From positions 6,242-38,241 of the forward strand of contig JACRLC010000064.1 of the NCBI GenBank assembly GCA_016235425.1: a DNA stretch of 32,000 bases, written 5' to 3'. This stretch comes from Chloroflexota bacterium (GTDB taxonomy: Bacteria; Chloroflexota; Anaerolineae; Anaerolineales; Villigracilaceae). The notes below the pieces were generated by a model. The model did not search any database, was not told the origin of the DNA, and saw nothing but the letters and a program-made list of their open reading frames with translations. Below are positions 9,123 through 16,814 of this stretch, one piece after another; the stretch's first letter is position 1, and the number at the start of each line of letters is the position of its first letter. The translations under genes and the position numbers were made by a program.

Positions 9123-10742
9123 ATGCAGTGGATTATCTTTGCCGGTATTTTGATCACGAATGCAATCGCGGCTCTGGTCATTGCAATCCTGCTGGCACGC
9201 AGACCATCAACTCCCGGCATTCACTCGATGACCTGCCTGCTGGTGGGGCTGGGTGTTTGGTCGTTCAGTTATGCAATGATCACACTCTCCCCCTCGCTCG
9301 AGGCCAAGCATCTTTGGTTGAAATTGGAAAACGCGGGCATCGTCACAGTTCCCGTCCTGTGGTTCTTCTTTACATTGAAATACACGCAATTTGACAAGTG
9401 GCTGACTCGAAAACCAGTCATGCCGGTGTTCTGGATCATCCCTGCTGTGACGCTGATATTGTTGTTCTCCGGGCGCTGGTTCCATTTCTATTACACATCC
9501 ACTCACACCGCGCTCGAAACAGGCGGCCCGCTCGTCATCAGCCGCGGACCGTGGTACCTGGTCCAGCTTATCCAGAGTTATGCCTTGACCCTGGCCGGGG
9601 TGGGCGTACTTCTTTGGAGTTTTATCCAGTCCCGGCTCGTGTACCGAAAACAACTGCTGTTACTGATTGGGGCGATTTTGATCCCCTTTATGGTCAATGT
9701 TCTATATCAGTTGTTTCCGGGCATCATGCCATTTTTTTCATCTCCCATCGATCTCACCCCGCTCTCTTTCACATTGACGGCCATCCTGATTGCCATAAGC
9801 GTCTTTGGAATGCGCCTGTTCGATCTGGTGCCGATTGCCCGCGTTACGGTAATGGAGCATATCCCCGAAATGGTGTTTGTTGTCGACACCTATGATCGTG
9901 TCATTGACGCCAATTCCATGGCGCAAAAATGGCTGGGAAAAACCATCGAAGAGATTTCCGGCCAGGACCCGGTGGTGGTTTTTCGCAATTGGCCGCAATT
10001 GCTCAATCGTTTCTTCTTTACTGAACACACGCGCGAGGAAATACAGATTCCCGGGGATCCGCCGCATACATTGGAACTGGTCATCACGCCGATCTACAAT
10101 CGTTTCAACGTTTTGGAAGGACGTGTGATCGTGGCGCACGACGTCACAGACCGTAAAATCCTGGAAGATAATTTAAAAGAGGCGAACGAGTCTTTGAAGA
10201 TACAGCTCGCCGAGATCGAGTCCCTGCGGGCGAAACTTCAGGAACAGGCCATTCGCGATCCGTTGACCGGCGCGTTCAACCGCCGTTTCTTTGCCGAATC
10301 GCTGGATAAGGAAGTGGCGCGTGCCGTGCGCGAAAACATTCCCTTCTCGGTCATCATCATGGATGTGGATCATTTCAAGCAATTCAACGACACCTACGGC
10401 CACAAATGCGGCGACCTGGTCCTGCAGTCGCTGGCGAAATTTCTCAACGACAATACCCGCCGCGGCGACATCGTCTGCCGCTATGGCGGGGAGGAATTTG
10501 TCATCCTGATGCCGGATGCAACGGTTGAATCTGCCTATGAACGCGCAGAGAGTTTCCGCTCAAGATTTGAAAATAGCCTGATAGAGTACGAAGACAAGAA
10601 ATTACGCTATACCTTCTCCGTGGGGCTGGCTACCTATCCATTGCACGGCATCACCGGCGAGACGCTTCTCATAATGGCCGACAATGCGCTCTATCAATCC
10701 AAAACCAACGGCAGAAATCGCGTAACAATCTATTCCCCCTAA
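9123..10742 (+). CDS. diguanylate cyclase: N-terminal 7TM sensor, PAS-like domain, GGDEF domain
   Basis: Seven N-terminal TM helices of the histidine-kinase 7TM type. A coiled-coil linker precedes DPLTGAFNRR ... RYGGEEF. The ATG at 9123 is preferred over the TTG at 9117. Confidence 0.85.
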   Translation: MQWIIFAGILITNAIAALVIAILLARRPSTPGIHSMTCLLVGLGVWSFSYAMITLSPSLEAKHLWLKLENAGIVTVPVLWFFFTLKYTQFDKWLTRKPVMPVFWIIPAVTLILLFSGRWFHFYYTSTHTALETGGPLVISRGPWYLVQLIQSYALTLAGVGVLLWSFIQSRLVYRKQLLLLIGAILIPFMVNVLYQLFPGIMPFFSSPIDLTPLSFTLTAILIAISVFGMRLFDLVPIARVTVMEHIPEMVFVVDTYDRVIDANSMAQKWLGKTIEEISGQDPVVVFRNWPQLLNRFFFTEHTREEIQIPGDPPHTLELVITPIYNRFNVLEGRVIVAHDVTDRKILEDNLKEANESLKIQLAEIESLRAKLQEQAIRDPLTGAFNRRFFAESLDKEVARAVRENIPFSVIIMDVDHFKQFNDTYGHKCGDLVLQSLAKFLNDNTRRGDIVCRYGGEEFVILMPDATVESAYERAESFRSRFENSLIEYEDKKLRYTFSVGLATYPLHGITGETLLIMADNALYQSKTNGRNRVTIYSP

Positions 10743-10754
10743 CAGGAGAGAACC

Positions 10755-11654
10755 ATGCAAATTGACGTTATCGGCGTGCCCATTGACCTCGGCGCGGACC
10801 GCCGCGGTGTGGACATGGGACCCAGCGCCATTCGTTACGCCCACCTGCAACAAAAACTCGAATCGCTCGGTTACACCGTGCAGGACGAAGGCAATGTGGA
10901 AGTACCCATCGCCGAAATGTGCAAGATCACAAATCCAAAATTAAAGTACATTGATTGCATCGTGCCAATGTCCCGCCGCGTGGCAGGCGCGGTTGCCACA
11001 TCCGTGCAGGGCGGACGTTTCCCGCTCGTCCTCGGCGGCGACCACAGCCTCTCGATTGGCTCCGTGCGCGGCGCGGCGCGCAACAAAAAGATTGGCGTGA
11101 TCTGGATCGACGCCCACGGCGATTTCAACACCGCTGAAACCACGCCCTCGGGCAACATCCACGGCATGTCTCTCGCCGCCCTTGCAGGGCTTGGGGACCA
11201 GAGTCTCACTCAATTGTGGGACGAGCAAATCCCGGTCATAGATCCGAAGCGGATCGCCGTCATCGGCGCGCGCGATCTCGATCCCGGAGAAAAATCCAAC
11301 CTGCAAGAAGCCGGTGCAATGGTCATGAGCATGGAACAGATCGACCGTTATGGCATGGTCACGGTTGTCGAAAAGGCCATCGAACGCGCCAGCCGCGATA
11401 CGGACGGCATTTACGTCTCCCTCGACCTCGACGCCCTCGACCCGCGCCATGCGCCCGGCGTGGGCACGCCCGTCCCTGCGGGACTTACCCAGCGCGAAGC
11501 CCACCTCGTCTGTGAACTCATCGCCGAAACGGGCAGGCTGGTCGGCATGGATTTGGTGGAGGTCAACCCCATCCTCGATATACAAAATCAAACTGCCCTG
11601 CTCGCCGTGGACTTCGCCCTCACGGCCCTGGGCAGTCGCATTTGGATGGGATGA
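10755..11654 (+). CDS. rocF: arginase (ureohydrolase family)
   Basis: AGGAG RBS. GGDHS, DAHGDFNT, SGNIHGM and SLDLDALDP are the Mn-binding ureohydrolase motifs. The overall pattern is arginase-like. Confidence 0.8.
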   Translation: MQIDVIGVPIDLGADRRGVDMGPSAIRYAHLQQKLESLGYTVQDEGNVEVPIAEMCKITNPKLKYIDCIVPMSRRVAGAVATSVQGGRFPLVLGGDHSLSIGSVRGAARNKKIGVIWIDAHGDFNTAETTPSGNIHGMSLAALAGLGDQSLTQLWDEQIPVIDPKRIAVIGARDLDPGEKSNLQEAGAMVMSMEQIDRYGMVTVVEKAIERASRDTDGIYVSLDLDALDPRHAPGVGTPVPAGLTQREAHLVCELIAETGRLVGMDLVEVNPILDIQNQTALLAVDFALTALGSRIWMG

Positions 11655-11715
11655 CAGTTTAATTGCAATGGAGTAGTCGCAATTATCGAACGGTGAAAAG
11701 GGGTAAAATTGCGAT

Positions 11716-12339
11716 ATGAATAATAAAGATGGCAAGATCCTTGTCGTGGAGGATATCCCCAGCATTCTCGACCTGCTTGAGATCACGTTGAAGTTTAGAG
11801 GCTATCAGGTAATGACCGCACGCAACGGGCAGGAAGCGCTCGAAAAGATCGAGGAAGAACGGCCAGCCCTGATCATCTCCGACATTCTCATGCCGACGAT
11901 GGACGGCTTTTCCTTCGTCCAGAAACTTCGCACCAATCCGAAGACCCTCGATATTCCCGTGATCTTCCTCTCGGCCACTTACGTCACACCGGAGGACAAG
12001 GCCTTCGCACTCAGCCTCGGCGCATCCAATTTTATCGAGAAGCCGATTGACACCGAGGAATTTCTGCTCACCATTGCCGAACTTCTCACGCAAGGCACCC
12101 CCACCACCCCGCGCCCGCTCGACCAGGAAAGTTTTTACATGGGCTATCGCGCCCGCCTCGAAAACAAACTCCGCTACAAACGGACGCAGATCGCCCGCGC
12201 AGAGCGTTTGGTACAAACCGTGTCCGAAGATCAAAGGCCCGCTTACGAGGCGCTCCTTCAACAAGCCTTGCTGGACCGCAGGGAAATCGAGAAAGAACTC
12301 AAAGAAGTCCTTCGAATCATTGAAGAATTCCAAAAATAA
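11716..12339 (+). CDS. response regulator receiver domain with C-terminal coiled-coil tail
   Basis: ILVVEDIPSILDLL ... LIISDILMPTMDG ... IPVIFLSA is a CheY-like receiver. No DNA-binding domain is visible. Confidence 0.8.
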   Translation: MNNKDGKILVVEDIPSILDLLEITLKFRGYQVMTARNGQEALEKIEEERPALIISDILMPTMDGFSFVQKLRTNPKTLDIPVIFLSATYVTPEDKAFALSLGASNFIEKPIDTEEFLLTIAELLTQGTPTTPRPLDQESFYMGYRARLENKLRYKRTQIARAERLVQTVSEDQRPAYEALLQQALLDRREIEKELKEVLRIIEEFQK

Positions 12340-12340
12340 A

Positions 12341-13054
12341 ATGCAGCCCAACTTAAAATTCATTGAACAATTAGCCCGCGGTGCGGGTGAAATTTTGTCT
12401 GCCGGTTACCAGCGCGAACATAAAGTGAAATACAAGGGCGTGATTGACCTCGTCACCGAAGTGGATCACCAGTCTGAGGCCTATCTCATCGGCGAGATCC
12501 AAAAACAATTCGACGGTCACCATATCCTCGCGGAAGAAAGCGGCGAGACAATTGGAGACAAGGGTCACGTCTGGTACATCGATCCATTGGACGGGACGGT
12601 CAATTACGCGCATCACATCCCGATCTTCTGCGTCTCGATAGCCTACGCCTCACGCGGGACCGTCAAGCTGGCCGCCGTTTACGATCCTCTTCGCGGCGAA
12701 ATGTTTTCCGCCGAACGCGGCAAAGGCGCGCACTTGAACGGCAAGCCGCTGAGCGCATGGAACACCCCAAACGATAACTTCAACAACTTTGTCAAATTCG
12801 CCAAGATGACACAGGGTGTTCGCCGCCTCGGTTCCGCCGCACTGGATTGTTGTTACGTGGGCGCAGGCCGCTTCGACGGCTTCTGGGAACTCACCCTCAA
12901 ACCCTGGGACATCGCCGCGGCCGGATTGATTGCCGAGGAAGCAGGCGCGCGGGTGACCAACGTAAGAGGCGGACCCGATTACATCTCATCGCCGCAATCC
13001 ATCGTCGCATCTGCGCCGGGGATACACCAGCAAATCCTGGATGTGCTGAAATAA
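12341..13054 (+). CDS. suhB: inositol monophosphatase family protein
   Basis: The start MQPNLKFIEQLARGAG lies 1 nt after the upstream stop. EESG, WYIDPLDGTVNY and KPWDIAAAGLIAEEAG are IMPase motifs. The region between them is shorter than usual. Confidence 0.8.
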   Translation: MQPNLKFIEQLARGAGEILSAGYQREHKVKYKGVIDLVTEVDHQSEAYLIGEIQKQFDGHHILAEESGETIGDKGHVWYIDPLDGTVNYAHHIPIFCVSIAYASRGTVKLAAVYDPLRGEMFSAERGKGAHLNGKPLSAWNTPNDNFNNFVKFAKMTQGVRRLGSAALDCCYVGAGRFDGFWELTLKPWDIAAAGLIAEEAGARVTNVRGGPDYISSPQSIVASAPGIHQQILDVLK

Positions 13055-13057
13055 AAC

Positions 13058-13100
13058 AAAACCCACCTCGATGCTAATCTTTCGAGGCGGGTTTTGTTGT
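13058..13100. terminator. bidirectional rho-independent terminator
   Basis: aaaacccacctcga / tcgaggcgggtttt forms a 14-bp stem with one mismatch, with an A-run before it and a T-run after it. It sits between convergent genes. Confidence 0.6.
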
Positions 13101-13134
13101 AAATCAGAGGGACGCTGAAAAACGGGGATGTTTT

Positions 13135-13920
13135 CTATGGCTGTACGCCCGGTTTTACCTCACCCCCAATTACCTCCCCAACAGTCTTTACAATAAGACC
13201 ATTCCCTTGCTGTTCGTTCAACCACCGGGCAAACTCCGTGAACAATGCAAGGTCAATCGCATACTGGTCGCATTTATCGCAGACGTGGTGAAAGACAAAG
13301 AGTACCCAACCGCCGCCGTCATCTTCCACTTGCGTAACATATCGTTTCATCTTCGCTACGCGTGTGTCCGTCACGATATACGGCATGGCTTGTACCGCGT
13401 ACGCATCGCCGGGCGGGACAGAATCAGGGCCACCGGTTACGACGCGCGAGCTGTTGAACCCGCAATTCAACACTGCCTGCTTTGCTTCTTCATCGTAATG
13501 CCCGAATGGATAGGCAAACGAGACCACGTCAAATCCCAGCGACATCAAATCCAGCCGGTTCTGGCAAACCTCGCGCCGCAAATCCGCGCCGCGCACCTCG
13601 GTCAATTTCACGTGACTGACGGTGTGACCGCCAATCTCATTTCCGTCTTCGTACAAACCGCGTAATTGGTCGGCAGTCATGAAGCCGTCTGTGCCGGTAA
13701 ACCCGCTCACAATGTAAAACGTGGCGTGCAAATTGTTTTCGGCAAGAATGGGACGAACATCGTAATTGTCCGCATCGCCATCGTCGAATGTTAGGCTGAC
13801 GGTGGTATTTTCAAAACTCAGTTCATCACCTGTCGGCGCGTTGACTAGTGCAGTGGGCGCGGTGTTACAACCGGAAAGAAAGATAAATAAAATTGTGAGT
13901 ATTGTGTGGGGGGATTTCAT
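13135..13920 (-). CDS. polysaccharide deacetylase (NodB domain) lipoprotein
   Basis: MKSPHTILTILFIFLSGC is a lipobox signal. TFDDGDADNY, GGHTVSH and YPFG are NodB motifs. The ORF-track extension to 13971 is a read-through of the tRNA fragment. Confidence 0.8.
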   Translation of the reverse strand: MKSPHTILTILFIFLSGCNTAPTALVNAPTGDELSFENTTVSLTFDDGDADNYDVRPILAENNLHATFYIVSGFTGTDGFMTADQLRGLYEDGNEIGGHTVSHVKLTEVRGADLRREVCQNRLDLMSLGFDVVSFAYPFGHYDEEAKQAVLNCGFNSSRVVTGGPDSVPPGDAYAVQAMPYIVTDTRVAKMKRYVTQVEDDGGGWVLFVFHHVCDKCDQYAIDLALFTEFARWLNEQQGNGLIVKTVGEVIGGEVKPGVQP

Positions 13921-13939
13921 GAGGAAACTGGAAAGAAAA

Positions 13940-13974
13940 GTGGGCCCGGCAGGATTTGAACCTGCGACCAAGCG
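13940..13974. repeat. attL: 35-bp displaced copy of the tRNA-Met 3' end
   Basis: GTGGGCCCGGCAGGATTTGAACCTGCGACCAAGCG is identical to 22899-22933. Confidence 0.8.
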
Positions 13975-14011
13975 GGAGAAATTTGTTCCAGTTCGGCTAT
14001 ATTTTTATGTT

Positions 14012-14344
14012 TTATGGAGGGGATATTTGAACTGGAAGCCATAGTGTTGGGGTTGGAGATGGATTTGTTGTTGAACCTGTGAGAGCATTTATGACTGTTA
14101 CGATTATACAGAAGTATAGGATTATGCCTATGCTTGAAATTATTATATTTGCTGTCATAAAGTGTCCCCAGATTGCGAAGGCCCTGGGGAAAAACTTGTT
14201 GCTAAAAATATTGCTTTTTGGGGGTCTTGTTGTTGATATTCTTTTGCTGAGTTCTAGGTTTTCTTCTTGCAGAGTTTTTATTTGTTGTTCTAGGCTTGTT
14301 AGGTATTCTGTGAGTTCGTTCATGTTTTTGAATTGTGGCGCCAT
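14012..14344 (-). CDS. prophage membrane protein with N-terminal coiled coil
   Basis: aaggga RBS 12 nt after the repressor stop. LTSLEQQIKTLQEENLELSKR is a coiled coil and IIISSIGIILYFCIIVTVINAL is a TM helix. Confidence 0.6.
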   Translation of the reverse strand: MAPQFKNMNELTEYLTSLEQQIKTLQEENLELSKRISTTRPPKSNIFSNKFFPRAFAIWGHFMTANIIISSIGIILYFCIIVTVINALTGSTTNPSPTPTLWLPVQISPP

Positions 14345-14356
14345 TGTATTTCCCTT

Positions 14357-14713
14357 TTACGTGTCTTTTTTGATGTTTTTTAGTTTCAGTCTTATTTGGT
14401 CTATTTCTTTGAATTTTTCATCGGTAGGTAGTTTGTTGAATAGATCGAGCATTTCTTCTTCAAGTCTTGATAGTTTTATGATTGTTTCGGAGGGGTAAAA
14501 GTAACTGATTGGTTTTTTGTAATGGTGGGCTATTTGCACTAGTAGGGAGGCGTTGATAGCTGTTTTTCCCCTTTCCATGTCAGATATTGCTACTCTGGAT
14601 TTATTTAGTGCTTTTGCTAGTTCTCCTTGATTTTCGTTTGCATCGAGGCGTGCTTGTAGTATTCGTCCCCGAATGTATCTGTTGATAGCGTTGTCTTCTT
14701 GTTGCTTTGGCAT
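14357..14713 (-). CDS. XRE-family HTH repressor (cI-like)
   Basis: NQGELAKALNKSRVAISDMERGKTAINASLLVQIAHHYKKPISYF is an HTH_3 pattern. It is divergent from the main phage operon. Confidence 0.75.
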   Translation of the reverse strand: MPKQQEDNAINRYIRGRILQARLDANENQGELAKALNKSRVAISDMERGKTAINASLLVQIAHHYKKPISYFYPSETIIKLSRLEEEMLDLFNKLPTDEKFKEIDQIRLKLKNIKKDT

Positions 14714-14734
14714 CTTTGCAAAATTGTTGGTTAA

Positions 14735-14780
14735 ATTGTAGCATTTTTACCCTTGACGTGTGGTCGGTTTTGAATAAAAT
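14735..14780. promoter_or_regulatory. back-to-back divergent promoters (prophage switch region)
   Basis: Plus strand: TTGACG (14753-14758), 16-nt spacer, TAAAAT (14775-14780). Minus strand: extended -10 TGCTACAAT (14743-14735). AAATTGT direct repeats at 14721 and 14733. Confidence 0.45.
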
Positions 14781-14796
14781 TATAAGAAATTCCGAC

Positions 14797-15048
14797 ATGA
14801 CTACAAACACTACTGTAAACGTTCGCGAACTGGTTACGACCGGCTTTTTCACCGGTGACTGGTCAGAATTTGATAAACATCATCAAGCGTCCATGGATGC
14901 GATTTTTGGCGTCATGCAGTTGAGGCGGGAATTTCGTGTCACTCGCTCGCTTGGTTGTGTTGAAACAGGTCTATTCTTTGCCTTCGATGAGGTGAAGGAT
15001 AGATTTTTATTTGCCTGCACAGGTTTTGTGCAAGGGAGGTTATTGTAA
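14797..15048 (+). CDS. prophage hypothetical protein (83 aa)
   Basis: First ATG downstream of the plus-strand promoter. The stop overlaps the next start (TAATG). Confidence 0.55.
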   Translation: MTTNTTVNVRELVTTGFFTGDWSEFDKHHQASMDAIFGVMQLRREFRVTRSLGCVETGLFFAFDEVKDRFLFACTGFVQGRLL

Positions 15049-15548
15049 TGGCAAAGTTTTCAGGTTGGCTTCATTCAGTCGAGTGGTCAAACTCGCACAC
15101 TAATCCGCCTGCGGAGGCGCCGCGTATTTTGGCAGAAGTATTCACGCTCGAAAAAGACACGCCGATTGAGTTTCAAAACTTTTCTTATTCGCTCGGTGGT
15201 GGTTATTCGAAGACTATACGCTATGTAGCCGAAGCCAGTGGAAAAGAATTGTCAAAAGAAGTGCTTGCCAGTGTTCGCAAGAAACGATTGGTGCGGCGCG
15301 TGAAGGCAAAAGTTCCGATGTTCGCTGATTTTTTCATTGAGCAGGAGATACAGAGAAAAGCAGAATATTATGACGGCATAACCGATGGAGGTTTACAGCA
15401 GGCGAGAGAAGAAGTCTTGGCGCATGAGTTGGAACGCTTCGAGTTTTTCAAAGCGAATGTCAATAAGGTTTTCATCTATGCCGATGAACCAAATGAGTGC
15501 AAAGAAAAAGCGGCGCGCTTACGGGTTGAAATGCTTGCAATCCAGTAG
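15048..15548 (+). CDS. prophage hypothetical protein (166 aa)
   Basis: Translationally coupled to the preceding ORF. Protein-like composition, but no motif recognised. Confidence 0.65.
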   Translation: MAKFSGWLHSVEWSNSHTNPPAEAPRILAEVFTLEKDTPIEFQNFSYSLGGGYSKTIRYVAEASGKELSKEVLASVRKKRLVRRVKAKVPMFADFFIEQEIQRKAEYYDGITDGGLQQAREEVLAHELERFEFFKANVNKVFIYADEPNECKEKAARLRVEMLAIQ

Positions 15549-15554
15549 GTCAAT

Positions 15555-15713
15555 ATGTTTGACGAGGGCGCATCTGTCCATCACTGGTATTACGGCTTCG
15601 GTACGGTTGAGGAGTGTCAATCGGTTCGTGGCGGGCTTCTGCGTTACCTGGTGTATTTTGAAAGTGTGCTGGATCGTCTTTGGGTTTGGTCAAGTGATTT
15701 GGTAGGCAATTAG
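15555..15713 (+). CDS. small prophage ORF (52 aa), not in ORF track
   Basis: Hand translation gives MFDEGASVHHWYYGFGTVEECQSVRGGLLRYLVYFESVLDRLWVWSSDLVGN. It fills the gap between neighbouring genes on the same strand. Confidence 0.4.
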   Translation: MFDEGASVHHWYYGFGTVEECQSVRGGLLRYLVYFESVLDRLWVWSSDLVGN

Positions 15714-15791
15714 CGGACGTTCCGCTTTGTGTGTCAACTTGCCCGAATTGGCACAAAAAATTATAGGGCTAATCAAAAAGGAGTTTATCTG

Positions 15792-16052
15792 ATGAAAGTT
15801 CAATTCAAAGGTTTCGTTCGTGACATCTACGTCAGCGACAAGGACAAGAACGGGAACGCAAAGACCAATCCTGTTCATTACATCACGTTCGTTGACATGG
15901 AAACAGGCGGGGATGTCAAGCTGTCATTTCCCGAGGGTCATGGTCTGGCTGTTGGTCAGCAGGTCAATATTGACGCAGTTGTGAAGGGTCGTACCTTCTC
16001 GAACTCGGTTGGCTATCATGTTGAACAACTGAACGGAAGCAAGCCGAAGTAG
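15792..16052 (+). CDS. small beta-rich protein, candidate ssDNA-binding protein (gene V analogue)
   Basis: AAGGAG RBS. 86 aa, MKVQFKGFVRDIYVSDKDKNGN ... QQVNIDAVVKGRTF, which looks OB-like. It sits immediately upstream of the coat genes, as in Ff phage. The function is an inference. Confidence 0.45.
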   Translation: MKVQFKGFVRDIYVSDKDKNGNAKTNPVHYITFVDMETGGDVKLSFPEGHGLAVGQQVNIDAVVKGRTFSNSVGYHVEQLNGSKPK

Positions 16053-16116
16053 GGCATATCGGGCGGCTTGGTCGTATGGTCGCTCGTTTGACTTTCAAGG
16101 AAAGGAGGAATACATC

Positions 16117-16230
16117 ATGACGATTGCCGCCGCAATTACCGCTCTCACTGACTTGGGCGTCCTGCCCGTGATCACTGTCGTGGCGACTGTGTTCATTGCC
16201 GCCTATCTCTACAAGTCCTTCAAACGCTAA
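16117..16230 (+). CDS. mini coat protein candidate 1 (37 aa, no signal peptide)
   Basis: AAAGGAGGAA RBS. MTIAAAITALTDLGVLPVITVVATVFIAAYLYKSFKR has an amphipathic N-terminus, a TM helix and a basic C-terminus, a Pf3-type coat architecture. Confidence 0.6.
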   Translation: MTIAAAITALTDLGVLPVITVVATVFIAAYLYKSFKR

Positions 16231-16299
16231 TTTTGCGTTGACGGGCTGTCTATCGAATGTGCCTGGGGTAACACTCAGGCACATTTAAAGGAGTGATAC

Positions 16300-16428
16300 A
16301 TGCCCCCTAATCTTATGACTATTGCCGCCGCGATTGTTGCGCTGAATGATTTGGGTCTCTTGCCTGTAGTTACCGTTGTGGCGACTGTGTTTGTCGCCGC
16401 CTATTTGTACAAGTCCTTCAAACGCTAG
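16300..16428 (+). CDS. mini coat protein candidate 2 (42 aa), paralogue of 16117-16230
   Basis: AAAGGAG RBS. MPPNLMTIAAAIVALNDLGLLPVVTVVATVFVAAYLYKSFKR. A canonical terminator hairpin follows at 16450-16479. Confidence 0.6.
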   Translation: MPPNLMTIAAAIVALNDLGLLPVVTVVATVFVAAYLYKSFKR

Positions 16429-16492
16429 TCGTCGAGGATTTTTTGAAGGTGCGCCTGAGTAATGCTTAGGCGCATTTTTCAAGAGGTGAAAC

Positions 16493-16609
16493 ATGTTACA
16501 TGCCGCCATTGAATTACTAAAGGATTTGGGTGTCTGGCAGGCCGTTCAAGCGGTCATTGCCATTGTGTTTACCTGGCTTGCGTATCTGGGTTTTGTCAAT
16601 CGTCGTTGA
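16493..16609 (+). CDS. mini coat-like protein 3 (38 aa)
   Basis: AAGAGGTGAA RBS. MLHAAIELLKDLGVWQAVQAVIAIVFTWLAYLGFVNRR has the same architecture and a diverged sequence. Confidence 0.45.
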   Translation: MLHAAIELLKDLGVWQAVQAVIAIVFTWLAYLGFVNRR

Positions 16610-16619
16610 AAGGCAGAAA

Positions 16620-16814
16620 ATGAATGCACAAGATTATCTATTCCCTGCTTACTTCGTGGTTCTCGTCTTTGTTGCTTCGTTCTCGTCGAAGCTACAGCGG
16701 GTCGCGGTCGTTTCGGCTCTCGGCCTTGTGGCGGTTTATCCGAACCCGGATGCTGGCACTTTCATTTTTCTTTTTATTATTCCTGCCGCTATTCTTGCCA
16801 GTTTCACGGGTTGA
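16620..16814 (+). CDS. small hydrophobic protein (64 aa), uncertain
   Basis: aaagg RBS. Two or three hydrophobic segments. It overlaps the start of the next gene by 65 nt, and the T-rich DNA gives hydrophobic peptides in several frames. Confidence 0.35.
   Translation: MNAQDYLFPAYFVVLVFVASFSSKLQRVAVVSALGLVAVYPNPDAGTFIFLFIIPAAILASFTG

Noticed and set aside
10755-11654. Formimidoylglutamase (HutG), considered because hutI is nearby.
   Set aside because: The motif spacing and the N-terminal IDVIGVPIDLGADRRGVDMGPSAIRYA pattern look like true arginases. hutI is separated from this gene by an unrelated GGDEF gene, and no hutU or hutH is in the window. This is left as arginase with moderate confidence.
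12047-12340. Upstream extension of the IMPase ORF overlapping the response-regulator gene.
   Set aside because: The extension is Pro/Arg/Ser-rich junk in the alternate frame of a well-supported receiver-domain gene. A clean ATG at 12341 begins the conserved IMPase N-terminus.
13921-13971. N-terminal extension of the deacetylase ORF (MVAGSNPAGPT...) and the 92-aa ORF at 22724-23002, which contains the same VAGSNPAGPT peptide.
   Set aside because: Both peptides are translations of the duplicated tRNA-Met 3' segment. They helped locate the att repeat but are not protein-coding.
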